Counted from the stretch's first letter, positions 48,830 through 59,063 are shown. The stretch is 63,514 nucleotides of DNA from Thermoplasmatota archaeon (GCA_016928095.1 JAFGLL010000043.1:1-63514), one strand, 5' to 3'. Numbers and translations: made by a program. The notes: a model not told the origin generated them from the sequence alone.

Positions 48830-49018
48830 ATGACAGGACCTAGAAGTAAATTCCTCAAGGTGAAATGCGGAGACTGTGGCAATGTTCAGACCATATTCGA
48901 CAGGACCAACACACGGATCAGCTGCAAGGTCTGTGGTGCCACCATGGCGGTTCCAAAGGGTGGCAAGGCAGATATAAAAGGAGAGGTCATGGGCAGGTTG
49001 GATGCTGACCAGGAGTGA
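48830..49018 (+). CDS. rps27e: 30S ribosomal protein eS27
   Basis: SKFLKVKCGDCGNVQ.IF......CKVCG...A.PKGGKA. Confidence 0.96.
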   Translation: MTGPRSKFLKVKCGDCGNVQTIFDRTNTRISCKVCGATMAVPKGGKADIKGEVMGRLDADQE

Positions 49019-49032
49019 GGAGGAAAAATATA

Positions 49033-49833
49033 ATGGTACCAGCCAACGACATGCCGGAGGAAGGAGAACTGGTGGTCGCCACCGTTAAACAGGTAAAGAA
49101 CTTCGGTGCGGTCGTGGAGCTGGACGAGTTTCCGGGGAAGGAGGGTTTCATTCACATTGCGGAGGTCGCCTCCGGTTGGGTGAAGTACATTCGCGACCAT
49201 GTCAGGGAAGGGCAGAAGGTCGTATGCAAGGTCCTGGGTATAGACGAGAGACGAAAGAACAGGACCGTCGACCTCTCCCTAAAAGCGGTCAACGAGCATC
49301 AGAAGCGGGAGAAGATACAGCAGTGGAAGAGCGAGCAAAAAGCCCAGAAACTACTTCAGCTCCTGTGCGAGAACATGGGGATAGCACTGGAAAAGGGTAT
49401 GGAGGATTTCGGATACGATCTGATCTCTGAATATGGGTCCCTGTATCACGCATTCGAGATGTCTTCCATGAAGGAGGTTTCCCTTGAGGAGTCCGGTTTC
49501 CAGGGGGAATGGGTGCAACCCTTTATCAGGATGGCACAGGAGAACATCACCCCACCTTACGTGGAGATACATGGCATACTCGAATTGACCTCCACTAATC
49601 CGGACGGCCTGATCGATATCAAATCCGCCCTTGAGAAGGCGGAATCGATGGCCAAGGGAATAGACGATGTCAAGTTGGATATTATCTATATAGGTTCACC
49701 AAAATACAGATTGGTCCTTATTGCACCGAACTACAAGGTCGCAGAGGAGATCCTCAGGTCCGCTGCCCAGACAGCGGTCGACCATCTGAATTCAAGGAAC
49801 GGGGTAGGTAAGTTCGTTAGGAACAAGGATTGA
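49033..49833 (+). CDS. eif2a: Translation initiation factor 2 alpha subunit
   Basis: PEEGELVV S1 domain, EGFIHIAEVASGWVK, VDLSLK, YIGSPKYR; conserved operon context. Confidence 0.96.
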   Translation: MVPANDMPEEGELVVATVKQVKNFGAVVELDEFPGKEGFIHIAEVASGWVKYIRDHVREGQKVVCKVLGIDERRKNRTVDLSLKAVNEHQKREKIQQWKSEQKAQKLLQLLCENMGIALEKGMEDFGYDLISEYGSLYHAFEMSSMKEVSLEESGFQGEWVQPFIRMAQENITPPYVEIHGILELTSTNPDGLIDIKSALEKAESMAKGIDDVKLDIIYIGSPKYRLVLIAPNYKVAEEILRSAAQTAVDHLNSRNGVGKFVRNKD

Positions 49834-50021
49834 AAGAAGCGGTCGTGTTCAAGGTGAGAAGCAGGATATTGAGATGCAATACATGCGGGAAATACACCCT
49901 GAGCGACAGATGCAGGAATTGCGGCACCTCCACGGTTAATACATTTCCACCCAGGTACTCCCCCCAGGACCGTTATGGAAAGTACAGGAGGATGTTCCGC
50001 GCCGATGAGATGGAGGATTGA
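49830..50021 (+). CDS. nop10: H/ACA RNP protein Nop10
   Basis: C..CG.YTL...C..CG.......PPRYSPQDRYGKYRR. Confidence 0.94.
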   Translation: MKEAVVFKVRSRILRCNTCGKYTLSDRCRNCGTSTVNTFPPRYSPQDRYGKYRRMFRADEMED

Positions 50022-50788
50022 AATTGGATAATGTCCTGATCAGGTTCATAGAGAGACCCGTCCTTGAAAACGCGGTCCTGATAGAGGGACTGCCCGGTGT
50101 GGGAAACGTCGGAAAGCTTGCCGCAGAACATCTTGCGGAGGAGCTGGATTTCATCAAGTTCGCTGAGATATTCTCCAAATTCCTGCCGCCCCAGGTCATG
50201 ATCGGAGCGAACGATACGATACAGCTGGTAAAGCATGACCTTTTCTACAGGAGAGGTACGGAAGGCGTACGTGACCTGGTCCTGTTGACCGGGGATTACC
50301 AGGGCCTGACACCGGAGGGACAATATGAGCTCTCTCACGAGACCGTGAAACTGGCCAGAGAGATGGGCGTGAACCTCATAGTCACCCTTGGCGGATACGG
50401 GGTCATCAAGATCGTGGAAGAACCTGGCGTACTCGGGGCCGTGACCTCTGTGGACATGAAACCGAAGCTCGAAGATGCCGGTGTGATATTCCGCAGCGGT
50501 GAGCCAAGTTCGGGGATAATCGGTGCATCTGGACTGCTACTGGGTCTGGGGTCCCTTGAGGGCATCCCGGGAATATGTCTGATGGGGGAGACCTCGGGAT
50601 ATTTTGTTGATCCGAGATCGGCCAGGTCCGTGTTGCGGGTCCTATCGACATATCTCGGGTTCGATGTCGATTATTCCAGTCTCGAGAAGAAAGCGGCACA
50701 GATAGACGAGATCACATCAAGGATCAAGGAGAATCTGGAGGAGACCGAGACCCACGAGAGGCCCGATGACCTCCGGTATTTCGGATAA
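50018..50788 (+). CDS. Proteasome assembly chaperone (PAC2 family)
   Basis: EGLPGVGNVGK, TLGGY, GASGLL, CLMGETSGY.VDP; follows nop10. Confidence 0.93.
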   Translation: MKLDNVLIRFIERPVLENAVLIEGLPGVGNVGKLAAEHLAEELDFIKFAEIFSKFLPPQVMIGANDTIQLVKHDLFYRRGTEGVRDLVLLTGDYQGLTPEGQYELSHETVKLAREMGVNLIVTLGGYGVIKIVEEPGVLGAVTSVDMKPKLEDAGVIFRSGEPSSGIIGASGLLLGLGSLEGIPGICLMGETSGYFVDPRSARSVLRVLSTYLGFDVDYSSLEKKAAQIDEITSRIKENLEETETHERPDDLRYFG

Positions 50789-50793
50789 ATCAT

Positions 50794-51278
50794 TCATCCA
50801 AGGTTCTCGACGAAAACGATATTCATCACATCCTCTACGGTCTCATATTTGAAGGAAGATGTATAGGTATCCCCGGAGCAATCGAACCTGACATCCATAT
50901 CTATGAGGTAGGTTTCGTACTGGCTGCCTATGGAGGTGATCTTGATCTCGATATTCTCACCCGCAGCCAGGTCATCCGGTCCGGACCCATGTTTCGCGAT
51001 GATGCCTCCCCCCTTCAGACTTACCGAAACGCTGCATTCAAGGGACTCCACTTCCCTGTTCCCGAGGTTGGACAGAAGGACATTTATGTTCAACGTACCT
51101 CCTGTACCCCCCCCGCCCGGAGCTTCATGATAAACTGTTCTCAACTCCAGGTCGGTCCTGGGGATCACCCATTGATAGAACCCGAAGGAGATCAACAAGA
51201 CCGTCAGGACGACCAGCGGGAACGCCCATATCAGTCTTCCACCCTGATTTTTATTCAGTATGTCATCACCCCCCACCT
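50794..51278 (-). CDS. Membrane-anchored Ig-like protein; start codon uncertain
   Basis: TM LIWAFPLVVLTVLLISFGFYQWV then a CARDB/LEA-like strand pattern (NVLLSNLGNREV); abuts the stop of the large upstream gene. Confidence 0.7.
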
Positions 51279-54200
51279 CCAAGTAGCCATGCCCATAATG
51301 TGAGCAAGGGGGCGGGGATGGCCACACATCCATCGCTCCTTTCGATATTGAGAACGATCGTATCTTTGTTCACCGACATGCCCGAGATGAGACCTATACC
51401 TGCAATATCCCTTGTTCTCAGAGTGATGAAATATATGCTCGGAGAGTAGATATCTCCGCTTAAAGTGGCCTCACCAGAGACCTTGATCTGAATACCTTTT
51501 CCCTCAGCATCGTCGATGAAGATCACGGGATAGGTACCGTATCCCATCCTGGCTGAGAGTTTAAGGGATCTCAGGTCATTACCGAGCAGAGACAGAGACG
51601 ACAGAACGAAGTTCTCCATCATCGGGAGTCTGTCGATCTCTATCGAGAGGAAACCTATCCCGGAACTCTCGATAAGATAATCGTTCCCCGAATAGTATGT
51701 CTGGGTGTTGCAGATATTATCCAGATATATATTGTATCTTCCTCGCTGACCGAAACCTGCGCCGTCATATTCTATGTATATGTCCATGTCATTGTCTGAG
51801 GTGGTAAGGGTCAATACAGGAAGGCCCTGGAGCGGGAACGGCTCCTGGATGGTGAACTCTCTCGTCGGAAATAGTTCGATGGAAAAGGACAGGGGGAGGT
51901 CATGGAATATGGCATAGATCTGGGACCACCTGCCATCCATGAATTTCGTGATCTTGAAATAGAGATGCTCTATGGACCGGGAGGCCTGATAATCGGCCTT
52001 CAGCCCATCCCCCATTACAGCACTGAGATGGAGGGTTGATGGTATGATAGGGAGGTACATCTGCCTTATGGACAGGATGGGAGATGACTTTCGGAGGGTT
52101 GCCATGGTCGGGCCAAGGTCCATTGGATCGCCATCGATGTCGGTGATCTCCGCATCCATCTCGATCATCATGGAGCCACCGATCGAGAGGTCAGTGTAAA
52201 CAAGGATGTCCATGACGATGTTCATACCCTCCTCCAATCCCGTTATGTAAACGGAGATGTCCCTGTCCTGTATCCCGCTTGCCTTTATCAGGAGCCAATC
52301 GAACCCGGGACTGTAACCTTTAAAGTCCAAACTGACCGATATCGTCTCCTCCGAGAATGAAAGGTTGACGGTGCCTTTTGTGGGCATTCCGTCCAGATAG
52401 ATGTTGCCGTTGACCGAGCTGTTCTCCCCCGCCCCCATCTGCTCTATCCATATACCATGTGTCCAATGTGCCTGGGGGACCTCGAAGTCACCTCTCTTCC
52501 TGATGTTCACTATAAGGTCCATCGTCTCCTCTTTTTCGGACAGGTCCCATGAGATCGAGAACCCGGTGGAATAAGTACCTATGGCCTGTGTGAGACCTTC
52601 CGAGAGACCTGATGCAAGCAGAAGTGGTGCCTTGCCTATCTCTGATAATGAAAGGAGGATGTCCGAATAATCAGATATGGACCCGATCCCCAGGATATCG
52701 GGTATGTTGATCTGAGGCATCTCTATCACAGAGGGGGTGTCTATGTGCAATCGTACTGGAAGTGGAGCTAGTACAGCCGTTACTTCCAGATCTGAATCAC
52801 TATCTTGAATGACCGCGTAGAAATTGGATCCACTGATGGTCTCAAGCTCTATGAAGCCAGCGGACCCGTTGTTGAATGTGAATGACCGGAACTCGTTCAG
52901 TCTGAGACCCACAGCGGATAGCTCCATCTCCTTGCGGACAGACACGAAATTCCTTTCAGGAAGGTCGATAGGATCGACAGTGGTGCTGTTTGCAGTGAAG
53001 ACCTCTATGGACCCTATCGCACCCTCACCGGATACCACATCGATCTGGTCATCGGACCTCTTCATGGAGAGCGACGATGGGATATCGTAGACGTTGACAT
53101 CGAAGAAGAGGTCAGGGTCCCTGTAGCGGTACTCGACACCTCCGATCCTGGCCGGGGTTCCATTGTCAGATCCTTCGTAGGATACCATGTCCTCCGAGGT
53201 GAGTAGATGGATCTTGGATGGTATGTCAATTATATCAACGAAGGCGGACCTCTGCTGGAAAATAGCACCAATTCGGATCCTATGAACACCTTCCAGCCCC
53301 AATGTGATATCATTTCCACTGCTGAAGGTTCCGCTGTAGCTGGATATACCTCCCAGATGGGCGGATATCGCAGGTGTCTTGGTCCCGTGGTCGTAAAAAG
53401 CCACCCAATCCCCAGTATTGTTGAGGAAGGGTCCAGTAGTGAAGCGGTAATCCAAGGACCCTATACTTTCTCCAAAGCATTCGATGCTCGTGGACCCCCG
53501 CCGGCCTGGCATCTCGGCAACCGCACGGGGGATCTCTCTTAACATACTCCCTATCCTGTAGAACCTTCCAGAGATCTGGCTCATGAAATTATCGAAAAGG
53601 TTCAAGGTCCCCGAGCCCCCATCTCCCGGATCGGGGACGGCCGCAGTCGTCTCTATACGGAGCCTTCGGGGGATATCCCTCAGCTCTACAAGAGTGGCTT
53701 CCCGATCAGCGACAGAGCCATTATTGCCCCAATCCGGGTAGATGACCTCTCTGAACCAGAGCTCATCTATACCTTCGGGGGAATTGACCTCGAGGATGGT
53801 CATGTCATTCTCGTCCTCGGTGGCATAATCCAGGTCGAGCGAAAGTCGATGAGGAAGCACGGGTATCCTGATGTCCGCATCTATCAGCTCGTCTCCGAAT
53901 TCTGCATATCTTATGCCCAGAAATACGCTCTCCCCGATGTCTCCATTACCCGCCTTCCATTCGATCCTGTCTATCGGAGAACCAAAATCCGCGATGTTCA
54001 GCGTGAGCTTCCCCGCCCCGACGATCCTGTCGTGGAACCTGTCATGTCCGATGATGATGTTCAGGTAGGCCATGTCCTCGAGCACCTGATCGAAGACCCT
54101 CATGACGGATATCGATATGGAGGTCTCGGAAGGTGCCGTACCGAACACATATGATAGGGAGTAAGGACCCAGTACCTCGAGGACCCTCAGGTCCCTGATG

Positions 54201-55153
54201 TCCGCACCTCCAATGGATGTCAATGCCGTGATGATGGCGGTGACCGGATCAGCGACCCATTTGCTGGCCTGGACCATCACCCTCAGGGAATCCGCGAACC
54301 TATCCATATCGAAACCGACGGACCATATGTAGTTCTTCCCCTCTCCGGTGATCCCTCCGTAGGATATGCCTTTGATGAAGAACACGGAGCCCCCGAGGTC
54401 GGAACTCCCTTCATCAGCGTCAAGGGCCTCGATCTCCATCTTCACACCTGCATTGTTGAATGTCAGCTTCGGAGGAAGCAGAGAGACGTTCCAATCCCTG
54501 GCAAGGATATCCTTGGCGAAGGTCATCCTCGCCCGTATGTCATTACCTTCTTCATCCCCGGTGGAGGGCGAACCGTCAACATCAAGGTATACCCACTTGT
54601 CAAGGGAGGAATCTACGAAGATCCCTATCCGCGGGACCATCGACCCGAGCCCCCATTCTTCTCTATCCCCGTGTTTGACAAGAACCAGGTAGTTCAGGGC
54701 TCCCTGCTCGGAAAGCGGCGGCGGGAGTATCCAATCGAGAAGGTCGGTATTGTTGATCATGGGGTTTTCCGACAGAGCATCGAATATGATCGGACTTCTG
54801 GTGATCGGCGAGGGAACGAAGATATGCTCCTCCTGGAAACCGGCCGATCCAACGTTCTTGAAAATATGGTCATCGGGTGTAATGGTCCCAAGCTTGTTCT
54901 CGACCTCGGAAAGCACGGCCTGGTCATCGATCCTCTCCACCTCCTGCTGGTCGAGCCTCTGAATATCTTCGAATATTCCGTAATCGGCAGACCTCTTGGG
55001 CGAGGTGATCGCCTCATACTCGCCGAGGGCAGGTGCAACAAGCACCGTTGATATTAAAAAAAGTGTGGTAATGAGAACGGCCTTGACCCTTTCCTCCCTC
55101 TTTTCTTTCTGACATTTTACACAACATAGGGACGGCCTCCGGAGTGGGTCCAT
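51266..55153 (-). CDS. Very large secreted or membrane-anchored beta-repeat protein of unknown function
   Basis: About 1290 aa open frame; N-terminal hydrophobic signal (KAVLITTLFLISTVLVAPALG); recurring [LI]xD[IL]Pxx[LI]x[LI]-like motif; start uncertain. Confidence 0.85.
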   Translation of the reverse strand: MDPLRRPSLCCVKCQKEKREERVKAVLITTLFLISTVLVAPALGEYEAITSPKRSADYGIFEDIQRLDQQEVERIDDQAVLSEVENKLGTITPDDHIFKNVGSAGFQEEHIFVPSPITRSPIIFDALSENPMINNTDLLDWILPPPLSEQGALNYLVLVKHGDREEWGLGSMVPRIGIFVDSSLDKWVYLDVDGSPSTGDEEGNDIRARMTFAKDILARDWNVSLLPPKLTFNNAGVKMEIEALDADEGSSDLGGSVFFIKGISYGGITGEGKNYIWSVGFDMDRFADSLRVMVQASKWVADPVTAIITALTSIGGADIRDLRVLEVLGPYSLSYVFGTAPSETSISISVMRVFDQVLEDMAYLNIIIGHDRFHDRIVGAGKLTLNIADFGSPIDRIEWKAGNGDIGESVFLGIRYAEFGDELIDADIRIPVLPHRLSLDLDYATEDENDMTILEVNSPEGIDELWFREVIYPDWGNNGSVADREATLVELRDIPRRLRIETTAAVPDPGDGGSGTLNLFDNFMSQISGRFYRIGSMLREIPRAVAEMPGRRGSTSIECFGESIGSLDYRFTTGPFLNNTGDWVAFYDHGTKTPAISAHLGGISSYSGTFSSGNDITLGLEGVHRIRIGAIFQQRSAFVDIIDIPSKIHLLTSEDMVSYEGSDNGTPARIGGVEYRYRDPDLFFDVNVYDIPSSLSMKRSDDQIDVVSGEGAIGSIEVFTANSTTVDPIDLPERNFVSVRKEMELSAVGLRLNEFRSFTFNNGSAGFIELETISGSNFYAVIQDSDSDLEVTAVLAPLPVRLHIDTPSVIEMPQINIPDILGIGSISDYSDILLSLSEIGKAPLLLASGLSEGLTQAIGTYSTGFSISWDLSEKEETMDLIVNIRKRGDFEVPQAHWTHGIWIEQMGAGENSSVNGNIYLDGMPTKGTVNLSFSEETISVSLDFKGYSPGFDWLLIKASGIQDRDISVYITGLEEGMNIVMDILVYTDLSIGGSMMIEMDAEITDIDGDPMDLGPTMATLRKSSPILSIRQMYLPIIPSTLHLSAVMGDGLKADYQASRSIEHLYFKITKFMDGRWSQIYAIFHDLPLSFSIELFPTREFTIQEPFPLQGLPVLTLTTSDNDMDIYIEYDGAGFGQRGRYNIYLDNICNTQTYYSGNDYLIESSGIGFLSIEIDRLPMMENFVLSSLSLLGNDLRSLKLSARMGYGTYPVIFIDDAEGKGIQIKVSGEATLSGDIYSPSIYFITLRTRDIAGIGLISGMSVNKDTIVLNIERSDGCVAIPAPLLTLWAWLLGGGG

Positions 55154-55306
55154 CATCAAGGATCGGGACCTTCTGATCCCGGATCCGCCCTCAGATCTGG
55201 GTCGAGTCGTCATCTACCGTTCCCCGACTGTCCAGCTGAAAATCACCTACCGGATATAGATTGGTTTTGGCCAAATGATATTATATCGTAATGCTTGACC
55301 GCATTC

Positions 55307-56287
55307 ATGTTGGTGGCGTCCTCCCCGGCAAAGGCAATACTTTTCGGTGAGCACGCGGTCGTTTACGGGAAACCTGCAATAGCTATCTCCCTTGACCGCA
55401 GGATGAACCTGACGGTCTTCCCGGCAGCCGAGCCTGAAGTGGATGGTGGAAAGCTATCCATGAGAAAGCATCGATACGTGAAGCAGGCCTACGGGGACCT
55501 TTGGAATGGTCTATCTCTGGCTTTCAGGACCAGTTCCACCATTCCCAGTGCATCGGGTCTGGGGTCCAGCGCAGCACTTTCATGCTCTGCGGTCGCTGCA
55601 TTGCTGTTCCTTCGCGGCATGTTCTCCGAGGAGAGCACCGCAAGGAGAGCTTTCGAGGTAGAGTATAACGTACAAGGGCGTGCATCACCGACCGATACCT
55701 CCTGTTCGGCTCACGGGAGCGCTATAATGGTATCCCCTCGGGAGGAAGAGGATCTGCTCTGGACCATATCTGCCCTGGGTACTGTATGGAATGTGCATCA
55801 TATTGAACCCCCCGAACTGAAACTGGTTGTCGGTTACACGAAGAAACCCTCCATCACATCCATCCAGGTCGAAAAGGTCAGGAACTACTACAACAGGTCG
55901 GGTTTCGCCAGGGAGACCATCGATGATATCGGGTCCCTTGTAATGGATGGTTTGAAAGCGCTACGGTCTGGGGACCTTGTCAAGCTCGGTGAACTGATGG
56001 ACCGGAACCATTCCCTGCTCACTATTCTTGGGGTCACCTCCAAGGAGCTGGATAAACTGCGGGATGCGGCAGGTCCTCTTTCTTTTGGTACCAAACTTAC
56101 AGGTGCTGGTGGCGGAGGTTCTATCATTGCACTGACCGACAGGCCGGAACAGGTCTGCGATGCTATCAGGAAACGGGGCGGCGTCCCGTTCGCCGTCACG
56201 ACCTCAAGGACAGGCACTTCTATCGAGGTGCGGGACCAAGACATGCTCGATACTCTCATTATTCCGGGTCCAGGTGAAAAGAATTAA
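55307..56287 (+). CDS. mvk: Mevalonate kinase
   Basis: PAKAILFGEHAVVYGKPAIA, IPSASGLGSSAA, QGRASPTD, KLTGAGGGG. Confidence 0.93.
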   Translation: MLVASSPAKAILFGEHAVVYGKPAIAISLDRRMNLTVFPAAEPEVDGGKLSMRKHRYVKQAYGDLWNGLSLAFRTSSTIPSASGLGSSAALSCSAVAALLFLRGMFSEESTARRAFEVEYNVQGRASPTDTSCSAHGSAIMVSPREEEDLLWTISALGTVWNVHHIEPPELKLVVGYTKKPSITSIQVEKVRNYYNRSGFARETIDDIGSLVMDGLKALRSGDLVKLGELMDRNHSLLTILGVTSKELDKLRDAAGPLSFGTKLTGAGGGGSIIALTDRPEQVCDAIRKRGGVPFAVTTSRTGTSIEVRDQDMLDTLIIPGPGEKN

Positions 56288-56357
56288 ATAATCCGGCCTT
56301 TAATGAGTGTAATAACAGGGAACAATGACCCTTTCAGGGTCCGGGGTATTGATATCC

Positions 56358-57443
56358 ATGAGATACGGCGACAAGGACGGTTTCAATGAGATCTATGATG
56401 ATAACGGGGAACTTGTCCTTCACACCAGCGAGAAGGCACTGGTGGTCGAGGAGAACATCGTACCGACCTTCAAATCGACATGGAGGTATTACGGTGGGGA
56501 ATACCTGATGGAGCCCTCGAAAGGGACCATCTACCTAACGAACGAGAGGCTCGTATTCATTAACATACCCGAAAGGATGTTCGCCATCGGCGGGGATGAA
56601 GCAAGGGCGGTAAGCACCAAGGTTGGCAAGAGCTTCGAGCTGGGTGACCTGTCATCCGGCTCTGCGGTCAGGGAATATTTCGAGATCCCCAACATCGAGG
56701 TCATGGCCTCCGAGAGGAAGGAGGGGGTCGTATCGGTGGGAGAGATGGTCAACCTGTATGTCCTGTCCTCGGGGAACCAGTATCATCTTTCCATGGTGCT
56801 TCCTTCCGACTCCGATCTTCTGAATAGGCTGATGAACAAGAGGGTCGACAACCTCGATCAGCTCGTAAACAACCTCAAGGACTATTTCCAGAAGGACGAC
56901 TGGATGTTCACCGAGGCGGAAAAGAGCATACACCTCAAACCAGCCGCGAGGGAATTCCAGAACGTACCTGCCTCATCTGGCGGGGCCCCCGATACCGAAG
57001 CAGATTTCGGACCGTCCACCTCAACGACAATAGAACCTGCCCGATCGTTCGATCCCAAGATACCTTTCAAGAGGCTAAGGGACCGGCCGGGGCAGGGATC
57101 AGTGAAATATTTCCAAACGCTCTATCGAAAGGGCCTGATCAAGGATGAGATATACAGGACGTTGATGGGTAAGTACGGAATGGAACCAGCAACAGATCAG
57201 GAGAGCAACAATGATCAGCATCCCTCATTGGGGGTCGATGTCGGTCCTTCCGACGGACACGATGATATTTCGGTCTCCGATGAAATGGGCCTAGCATATC
57301 ATGAAGAGCGAGAAGAGACGGATGAGGAGTTACTCAACATCCTGAACGACACACTATCCGATTTCACCGACGAACCTGAGGAGAGCGTGTCCATGGCTGA
57401 AAAGGAAGTTTCGTCGAACATCCCCGAGGATGAGGAAGAATGA
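56358..57443 (+). CDS. Hypothetical protein with PH/GRAM-like domain, SHOCT-like helix and acidic tail
   Basis: GTIYLTNERLVFI...YFEIP..EV; LYRKGLIKDEIY; strongly acidic C-terminus. Confidence 0.7.
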   Translation: MRYGDKDGFNEIYDDNGELVLHTSEKALVVEENIVPTFKSTWRYYGGEYLMEPSKGTIYLTNERLVFINIPERMFAIGGDEARAVSTKVGKSFELGDLSSGSAVREYFEIPNIEVMASERKEGVVSVGEMVNLYVLSSGNQYHLSMVLPSDSDLLNRLMNKRVDNLDQLVNNLKDYFQKDDWMFTEAEKSIHLKPAAREFQNVPASSGGAPDTEADFGPSTSTTIEPARSFDPKIPFKRLRDRPGQGSVKYFQTLYRKGLIKDEIYRTLMGKYGMEPATDQESNNDQHPSLGVDVGPSDGHDDISVSDEMGLAYHEEREETDEELLNILNDTLSDFTDEPEESVSMAEKEVSSNIPEDEEE

Positions 57444-57446
57444 AGG

Positions 57447-58916
57447 TCATCTGCAGAACTTTTCGAAGAACACGCTGAAAGCCTGGTACCCCATCCCCAC
57501 ATCCATCTTCGAGACCACTTCGAAGGGTGAATGCATGGATAGTATGGGTATTCCAATATCCAGGACGTCGATGTTCCTTGTGGCAATGAACTTCGCCACG
57601 GTTCCACCCCCTCCTTCGTCCACCCTGCCGGTCTCCTGCATCTGCCAGACCACCTTCTCGGAATTGAATAACTTCCTGATCGAGCCTACGATCTCCGCCG
57701 ATGCATCATTGGCACCGGTCTTACCACCCCTTCCGGTATACTTCGTTATGGTCACGCCGGCCCCCAACCTGGCAGAGTTCGTTGGGTCCTGAACGGACTT
57801 GAAGGTCGGGTTCATTCCCGACTTCACGTCAGCACAAAGGGCAAAAGAGGAGGATAAGGTCCCTATCATCTCTCTTCGTTGACCCGTACACCCCTTCCAT
57901 TCAAGGAGATCATAGACAGCAAGCTCCAGGTACTGCGACTTCGCACCCGTGTTGCCCTCGGAACCTATCTCCTCCTTATCGAAGTTCATGACCATGGCCC
58001 ATCGTATAGGGACCTTTTTCGCTTTCCTGATGTCGATCAGGGAATGCATGGCGCAGAAGCTTGAAACCCGATTATCATGACCGTAAGCTCCTATGAGTCC
58101 GCGGTCCAGCCCGATCTCCCTTGGGCTCCATGAAGGCACCAACGATAGGTCGGAGGATATCATGTCCTCCTCTATGATACCATATTCCCGGTTGAGAAGA
58201 TCAAGTAGCTCATTGACGATAGGAGGTCTCTCATCCGTGTCCTCCTGGATAGGACCGGAACCTGCCAGGGCCAGCATCTCCTCTCCCTTGATGGCTTCGG
58301 ATATCTTTCTTTTATCCTGCACCCGTTTGGATAGATGTGGGAGAAGGTCCGGGATCAGGAGGACAGGATCGTCATCGTCATCCCCGATCCGAAGATCGAT
58401 CGTGGAGCCGTCCCCTCTCACGACGCGTCCGTGAAGTGACAGAGGAATGTTGACCCAGTGGTATTTTTTGATACCTCCGGAATAGTGGGTCCTCATGAAC
58501 CCTATACCGGTCTCGAAGTCCCCATCCAGGGGCAGAGGTTTCAGATCGATCCTGGGGGCGTCCAGGTGGGTTGCGACCATATTGAACCCTTCTTGGAGCT
58601 CATGACTGCCTGCAATGCCGGCCATCAATGACCGTTCCCTGTTCACCTGGAAGAACCCCTCTCCGGGTCGAGGTTTCCTTTTTGGTACTTTAAGGAGCTC
58701 TCTGAAACCCGCCTCCCTCAATTTTTCGACCCAGTAGTTCACTACTTCCCTTTCTGTCCTTGCCCTATCGAGGAAGTCGATATAAGCCCTTGATATACTT
58801 TCCACTTCCGCTTTATTCCCCGTTCGTTCGGCCGTCCATCGTCTCTTCCATGAATACGGGTCCTTGACCATCCTCCTGACGGTCTTGTTCACTCCGTTCT
58901 TGAGGGGGCTCTTCAT
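57447..58916 (-). CDS. M18-family aminopeptidase
   Basis: HLDAPRIDLKP, THYSGGIKKYHW, YGHDNR, DKEEIGS, GGGGT, LSMHSPFE. Confidence 0.93.
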   Translation of the reverse strand: MKSPLKNGVNKTVRRMVKDPYSWKRRWTAERTGNKAEVESISRAYIDFLDRARTEREVVNYWVEKLREAGFRELLKVPKRKPRPGEGFFQVNRERSLMAGIAGSHELQEGFNMVATHLDAPRIDLKPLPLDGDFETGIGFMRTHYSGGIKKYHWVNIPLSLHGRVVRGDGSTIDLRIGDDDDDPVLLIPDLLPHLSKRVQDKRKISEAIKGEEMLALAGSGPIQEDTDERPPIVNELLDLLNREYGIIEEDMISSDLSLVPSWSPREIGLDRGLIGAYGHDNRVSSFCAMHSLIDIRKAKKVPIRWAMVMNFDKEEIGSEGNTGAKSQYLELAVYDLLEWKGCTGQRREMIGTLSSSFALCADVKSGMNPTFKSVQDPTNSARLGAGVTITKYTGRGGKTGANDASAEIVGSIRKLFNSEKVVWQMQETGRVDEGGGGTVAKFIATRNIDVLDIGIPILSMHSPFEVVSKMDVGMGYQAFSVFFEKFCR

Positions 58917-59063
58917 GATGGCCGATCGTCGGAAAGTGTGATAAAGATATCCCCCGGAGACCATCATGTACATTATTCTACATGAGGTCGAATATCATCC
59001 AAACTAATTTATAATGCCCGGAGGGATGAAATCTTATAAGTGCATAGTAAAAGGAGGATCTCC

